Positions 59,290-64,000 of a stretch of 64,000 nt of DNA are shown here, in pieces. Position 1 is the first letter of the stretch. Every line of letters begins with the position of its first letter. Below the pieces are notes generated by a model, which was given only the letters and a program-made list of their open reading frames with translations, did no database searches and had not been told where the DNA came from. The stretch lies in NCBI GenBank assembly GCA_902591755.1, contig CACJBX010000005.1, positions 18,114 through 82,113 on the forward strand, read 5' to 3'. Origin of the DNA: an uncultured Pelagibacteraceae bacterium (lineage in GTDB: Bacteria; Pseudomonadota; Alphaproteobacteria; Pelagibacterales; Pelagibacteraceae). The translations under genes were made by a program, and so were the position numbers.

Positions 59290-59942
59290 TAAAGAGCGGA
59301 CTCTTTTTTAATATATTTATCTAAAACCTTTTTTAAATTCTCTTCAGATTTTGTAAAAAAGTGATTAGCATCAGATACAGACTCAAATTCAACTTTAATT
59401 CCTTTTTGGGATGATAGTCTTTTATCAAGTTCATTAATATATTCTTTAGGGACTAACTCATCCTTTTTTCCATAAACCATTAGTCCTGAAGTAGGACACG
59501 GTGATAAAAAAGAGAAATCATAGACATTAGGTTGTGGTGAAATAGATATAAATCTATTTATTTCCGGACGTCTCATCAACAATTGCATTGAGATTAAAGA
59601 CCCAAAAGAAAATCCAGCAACCCAACATTGAGAATTATCAAAGTTTTCTCGCTCCAACCAATCAAGTGCTGCCGCTGCATCTGCCAATTCGCCTTGGCCA
59701 TTGTCAAATTCTCCATCGCTTTTGCCTACTCCTCTAAAATTGACTCTACAAACTGAAAAACCGTTATCCATAAAAGCATGAAAAGTATCTACAACAACTT
59801 TATTATTCATCGTGCCCCCATATTGCGGATGAGGTTGAAGAACTAAAGCTATTGGAGATGTAATTTTCTGACTTTTAAAATATTTTGCTTCTAATCTTCC
59901 TGCAGGTCCAGGTATGAAGATTTCTAAAATTTTATTTTCCAT
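59286..59942 (-). CDS. Alpha/beta hydrolase (conserved next to the iscR/suf locus)
   Basis: GPAGRLE, PHPQYGGTM, nucleophile elbow GFSFG, ANHFF. Confidence 0.9.
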   Translation of the reverse strand: MENKILEIFIPGPAGRLEAKYFKSQKITSPIALVLQPHPQYGGTMNNKVVVDTFHAFMDNGFSVCRVNFRGVGKSDGEFDNGQGELADAAAALDWLERENFDNSQCWVAGFSFGSLISMQLLMRRPEINRFISISPQPNVYDFSFLSPCPTSGLMVYGKKDELVPKEYINELDKRLSSQKGIKVEFESVSDANHFFTKSEENLKKVLDKYIKKESALY

Positions 59943-60024
59943 GTTTGTTAATGATTATTATTCTCACTAAAAAACTTTATTTATCATATTGCAGTGTCAA
60001 TTTGCGAGTCTTTTTCTTTAGTGT

Positions 60025-60049
60025 AATCTTGACTATTTTAGTCGGGTAT
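60025..60049. promoter_or_regulatory. IscR type-1 binding box overlapping the -35 (TTGACT) of the iscR-suf promoter
   Basis: AATCTTGACTATTTTAGTCGGGTAT matches ATASYYGACTRWWWYAGTCRRSTAT at 23/25 positions (hand alignment). Confidence 0.85.
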
Positions 60050-60076
60050 ATATATAAGTCCCATAAATTGCGGATT

Positions 60077-60499
60077 ATGAAGCTAAATACTAAATCACGA
60101 TATGCTGTAATGGCACTTGCTGACATGGCAAGGTTTGACGGGAAAAACCCAGTTAGTTTAAGAGATATATCTCTTAGACAAAGTATATCTTTACTTTATC
60201 TCGAGCAGATTTTTCTAAGATTAAAAAAAAATAACATTGTTAAAAGTGTAAGAGGTACAAATGGCGGCTATATTATATCTAAAAACATTAACGACCTGAA
60301 AATTTCAGATATTTTTTATGCCTTAGATGAAAAAGTCAAAACAGTTGGATGTAAGAAGGAGTTAAAAAGAGGTTGTAACGGTAAATCTTCAAAATGCCTA
60401 ACTCACAACTTGTGGGATGAACTTGACTTACATATTAATTCATTTTTTGAGAATAAAAAATTGGGTGATTTAGTAAAGAGAAAAGAAAGCAGAAATTAA
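60077..60499 (+). CDS. iscR: Rrf2-family Fe-S regulator IscR
   Basis: [26 protein letters not shown], three Cys plus His (C..C..CLTH). True start ATG 60077. Confidence 0.92.
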   Translation: MKLNTKSRYAVMALADMARFDGKNPVSLRDISLRQSISLLYLEQIFLRLKKNNIVKSVRGTNGGYIISKNINDLKISDIFYALDEKVKTVGCKKELKRGCNGKSSKCLTHNLWDELDLHINSFFENKKLGDLVKRKESRN

Positions 60500-61935
60500 T
60501 GAGAGAAAAAGAACTCGAAAAATTAAAAGATTATAAATATGGTTTTTCAACTGATATTGAAAACTTTAAAGCTCCAAAAGGCTTAAATGAAGATGTAATT
60601 AAATTTATATCTAATATCAAAAAAGAACCTAAGTGGCTGTTAGATTGGAGATTAAAAGCTTACAATAGAGTTAAAGTTTTAAAAGAGCCAAACTGGCAGA
60701 AACCAAAATATCCTAAAATTGATTATCAGGACTTATATTATTACTCTGCGCCCAAAAGTTTTAAAGATAAACCAAAAAGTTTAGATGAGTTGGATCCAAA
60801 ACTTATTGAGACTTATAATAAGCTTGGTATTCCGTTAAATGAACAGAAAAGATTAAACGGTATAGCTGTTGATGCAGTGTTTGACTCCGTTTCTGTAGCA
60901 ACGACTTTTAAGGATACATTAACTGAGAAAGGAATTATTTTTTGTTCTATCTCTGAGGCAATTCAGAAACATCCTGATTTAGTAAAAAAATATTTAGGTT
61001 CTGTAATACCCATTACCGATCATTACTTTGCAACATTAAATTCAGCAGTATTCACTGATGGATCATTTGTTTATATCCCACCAGGTGTTAGATGTCCGAT
61101 GGAGCTTTCAACATATTTTAGAATTAATGCTTCTGACACAGGTCAGTTCGAGAGAACTCTTATAATTGCGGATAAAGGAAGTTACGTAAGTTATTTAGAA
61201 GGATGCACTGCGCCAATGAGAGATGAAAATCAGTTACACGCCGCAAATGTTGAACTGATTGCATTAGATGATGCTGAAATAAAATATTCAACTGTTCAAA
61301 ATTGGTATCCTGGAGATAAAGACGGAAAAGGGGGCATATATAACTTTGTTACTAAAAGGGGATTATGTAAGGGAAAAAATTCTAAAATTTCTTGGACACA
61401 AGTTGAAACTGGATCAGCTATTACTTGGAAGTATCCAAGTTGCATACTGCAAGGCGATAATTCAGTCGGTGAATTTTATTCAATTGCAATTACAAACAAT
61501 CATCAAAAAGCTGACACAGGAACTAAGATGATTCATTTAGGAAAAAATACAAAAAGTAAGATTATATCAAAAGGTATTAGCGCAGGTTTTTCTGACATGA
61601 CTTACAGGGGGCTAGTTGATATTTCGCCAAAATCAGAGAACTCTAGCAATTATACTCAGTGTGATTCATTGCTTATGGGAAATAAATGTGGTGCACATAC
61701 AATTCCTTACATAAAAAATAAAAACTCTAATTCTAATATTGCTCATGAAGCGACGACATCAAAAATAAGTGATGAACAGTTACATTATTGCCAACAAAGA
61801 GGATTAAATTCTGAGGAGGCAGTGAGTTTGATTGTAAATGGTTTTTGTAAAGAAGTTCTTCAGCAATTGCCAATGGAATTTGCAGTAGAAGCTCAAAAAC
61901 TTGTTGGTATTAGTTTAGAGGGGAGTGTTGGTTAA
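60499..61935 (+). CDS. sufB: Fe-S cluster assembly protein SufB
   Basis: [32 protein letters not shown]. Confidence 0.97.
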   Translation: MREKELEKLKDYKYGFSTDIENFKAPKGLNEDVIKFISNIKKEPKWLLDWRLKAYNRVKVLKEPNWQKPKYPKIDYQDLYYYSAPKSFKDKPKSLDELDPKLIETYNKLGIPLNEQKRLNGIAVDAVFDSVSVATTFKDTLTEKGIIFCSISEAIQKHPDLVKKYLGSVIPITDHYFATLNSAVFTDGSFVYIPPGVRCPMELSTYFRINASDTGQFERTLIIADKGSYVSYLEGCTAPMRDENQLHAANVELIALDDAEIKYSTVQNWYPGDKDGKGGIYNFVTKRGLCKGKNSKISWTQVETGSAITWKYPSCILQGDNSVGEFYSIAITNNHQKADTGTKMIHLGKNTKSKIISKGISAGFSDMTYRGLVDISPKSENSSNYTQCDSLLMGNKCGAHTIPYIKNKNSNSNIAHEATTSKISDEQLHYCQQRGLNSEEAVSLIVNGFCKEVLQQLPMEFAVEAQKLVGISLEGSVG

Positions 61936-62669
61936 TGTTAAAGATCAATAACCTTAATGCAAAAATTGAGGATAAATCAATTTTAAATGGCTTCTCTCTT
62001 GAGATCAAACCTGGAGAAGTTCATGCAATCATGGGTCCAAATGGATCAGGAAAAAGCACGCTATCTAACATTTTATCTGGAAAAAAAGGGTTTGATGTAA
62101 CTGGAGATGTTCTATTTGAAAATAAAAATCTTTTTGATCTTGAAACAGAGGAGAGAGCGCACAAAGGGATATTTTTAGCTTTTCAATATCCTCTAGAAAT
62201 TCCAGGAGTAAATACAAACATTTTTTTAAAAACTTCTTTAAACGCTATTAAAAAGGCTCGTGGTGAAAAAGAATTGGACGCATTAGAGTTTCTCAAATTA
62301 GTGAAAGAAAAAGCCAAAAATCTTAAGTTTGATGAAGATAAACTTAGTAGACAACTAAATGTTGGTTTTTCAGGTGGAGAAAAGAAGAAGAATGAAATTT
62401 TACAAATGTCTATCTTAGAACCAAAATTATCAATTTTAGATGAAACAGATTCAGGATTAGATATTGATGCATTAAAAATTGTTGCTGACGGAGTTAATTC
62501 ATTAAGAAAAAAAGATAACTCTTTTTTAATTATAACCCACTACCAAAGATTACTTAATTATATAAAACCTGATTTTGTTCATGTTTTAATGAATGGAAAA
62601 GTAGTTAAATCAGGAGGACCAGAGTTAGCGCTTGAGTTAGAAAAGAAAGGTTATGAAAACATAAACTAA
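61935..62669 (+). CDS. sufC: Fe-S assembly ATPase SufC
   Basis: GPNGSGKST, FQYP, GFSGGEKK, LDETDSGLDIDAL, ITHY. Confidence 0.97.
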   Translation: MLKINNLNAKIEDKSILNGFSLEIKPGEVHAIMGPNGSGKSTLSNILSGKKGFDVTGDVLFENKNLFDLETEERAHKGIFLAFQYPLEIPGVNTNIFLKTSLNAIKKARGEKELDALEFLKLVKEKAKNLKFDEDKLSRQLNVGFSGGEKKKNEILQMSILEPKLSILDETDSGLDIDALKIVADGVNSLRKKDNSFLIITHYQRLLNYIKPDFVHVLMNGKVVKSGGPELALELEKKGYENIN

Positions 62670-63919
62670 TGCAAAATTTTAAAACAGACTTTGAAAAAAC
62701 ATTAAAAGAAAGCAATTTATCTGAAAAGGAAATTGCTTTCAAAAATCTTAACGCAAAAGAATTTTCAAAACAAGGTTTTCCAAATAGGAAAGATGAAGAT
62801 TGGAAATTTTCGGATATAAATCAAATAATCAAAAAAGAAATCGGAGAATTAAAATTTTACACCGGTCAATCAAAGGAAATTAACATAGATGAAGATGTCT
62901 TACTTAGTGAAATAAAACACAACAAATTGATTTTTGTAAATGGCCAACTAGCACAGACTGATTTTAGTTCTGAAGAAAAAAGTAAAATAGAATTTTTAGA
63001 TAATAAAAATGATACAGAAGATCAATCAGTAGAAAATTCTTTAATAAATTTAAATAATGCTCTAGCAAACAAAAGTTATAAATTATTAGTCAAGAAAAAT
63101 TACCAAATTAAAAATCCACTTATAATCTATCATGTGTCCAATAATAAAGTTGCATCACAAAACATAAATTTGAAAATTAACTTTGAAATAGAGGAAAATA
63201 GTTCTTTAAAGTTAATTGACCTCGTAAAAGATAAAGGTAATAAAAATTTTATAAATATTTTTTATAATTTTTCTTTAGAAAAAAATTCAGTTTTAAAAAA
63301 CTACAAAATTGATCAGTTTGAAAATAATAATATTAGATATATGTTTAATAACATCGAACAATCTTCTAATAGTGTTTCAGAGACATTTTACTTATCTAAG
63401 GGATCAACTTTCTCAAAAAATGAAGTTAAGTGTGATTTAAAAGGAGAATATTCTTCAGCTTTCGTAAATGGTATTTTTTCATTAGATAAAGATAAACACC
63501 ATGAGATTAAAGCAAAAATAAATCATTTAGTTGAAAATACAAAAAGCTACCAGTTAGTGAAAAGTGTTTTAGAAAATAAATCAAGATCAGTATATCAAGG
63601 GAAAATATATGTAGACTCGAAAGCACAAAAAACTGATGGCTATCAATTAAGTAAAGCAATATTGGTCGATGAAACAACAGAATTTAATGCAAAGCCTGAG
63701 TTAGAAATTTATGCAGATGATGTAAAATGTTCACATGGATCTGCTTCTGGAAGTTTAGATGAAAATTCAATATTCTATTTAATGTCTAGAGGTCTAAGTT
63801 ACAAAGAAGCAAGAGAATTATTAATCAATGGTTTTCTTGTGGAGGTTATCAATCAAATAACTGATGAACCAATTAAAAAACTTATTAAAAATTTATATGG
63901 ATTGAAAAATGAATATTAA
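62669..63919 (+). CDS. sufD: Fe-S cluster assembly protein SufD
   Basis: EDWKF, AQKTDG, KPELEIYADDVKCSHG, FYLMSRG. Confidence 0.95.
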   Translation: MQNFKTDFEKTLKESNLSEKEIAFKNLNAKEFSKQGFPNRKDEDWKFSDINQIIKKEIGELKFYTGQSKEINIDEDVLLSEIKHNKLIFVNGQLAQTDFSSEEKSKIEFLDNKNDTEDQSVENSLINLNNALANKSYKLLVKKNYQIKNPLIIYHVSNNKVASQNINLKINFEIEENSSLKLIDLVKDKGNKNFINIFYNFSLEKNSVLKNYKIDQFENNNIRYMFNNIEQSSNSVSETFYLSKGSTFSKNEVKCDLKGEYSSAFVNGIFSLDKDKHHEIKAKINHLVENTKSYQLVKSVLENKSRSVYQGKIYVDSKAQKTDGYQLSKAILVDETTEFNAKPELEIYADDVKCSHGSASGSLDENSIFYLMSRGLSYKEARELLINGFLVEVINQITDEPIKKLIKNLYGLKNEY

Positions 63920-64000
63920 AGATATTAAAAAAGAATTTCCAATATTTGATAATAAGGTCCATAATAATGATCTAGTTTATTTAGATAGCGCTAATTCATC
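63909..64000 (+). CDS. sufS: SufS cysteine desulfurase, 5' fragment (runs off the window)
   Basis: Hand translation MNIKDIKKEFPIFDNKVHNNDLVYLDSANS matches the SufS N-terminus (FP...LVYLD.A). Confidence 0.88.
   Translation, partial: MNIKDIKKEFPIFDNKVHNNDLVYLDSANS

Noticed and set aside
59945-60076. N-terminal hydrophobic extension of IscR in the ORF track
   Set aside because: This stretch is the promoter and IscR box; the conserved protein begins at ATG 60077.
642-61531. Many 60-183 aa ORFs antisense or out of frame within long genes (e.g. 652-951, 8190-8543, 33337-33657, 43459-44010)
   Set aside because: They lie inside well-supported conserved genes, have no recognisable motifs and look like shadows of biased codon usage.
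1-64000. tRNA, rRNA, prophage, IS or integrase-bounded island
   Set aside because: No such genes or att-like repeats were seen; the remaining non-coding gaps are short (about 135 nt or less) and AT-rich.

Overview
AT-rich, extremely gene-dense alphaproteobacterial chromosome segment. Tiny or overlapping intergenic spaces, Lys/Asn/Ile-rich proteins and the gene order point to SAR11/Pelagibacterales (inferred, not searched). I found no rRNA, tRNA, CRISPR array, transposase, integrase or phage gene. Bases 1-20.6 kb form a metabolic and redox block: gcvP (5'-truncated), a UfaD/UfaO/UfaM-like lipid-modification cluster (furan-fatty-acid type), tspO, a FOXRED1-like flavoprotein, selO, an unannotated 59-aa membrane ORF, a metal-independent NAD-formate dehydrogenase, an HPP protein, a SufU-like protein, a coupled DMT transporter + glycine-amidinotransferase-like pair, a heptad-repeat protein, MFS/DMT transporters, gshB/gshA and a PhnZ/MIOX-like HD protein. 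The rest is core backbone: purF, cvpA, MMPL, dnaB, rplI/rpsR/rpsF, fabD/fabG/acpP, gmk, rsmA/pdxA/surA/lptDGF, pepA, ndk, purN/purM, hda, aspS, a stand-alone NrdJ C-terminal-domain gene, NDUFA12, accC/accB, aroQ, thiS/thiG, rne, PBP1A, frameshifted prfB, an AsmA-like gene, tyrS, anmK and iscR-sufBCDS. The best candidates for undescribed biology are the DMT-amidinotransferase unit with its palindromic upstream element, the furan-lipid cluster joined to gcvP, the catalytically empty but intact NrdJ remnant, and the fdh/small-protein/HPP unit. All product calls come from motif recognition by eye; no database search was run.
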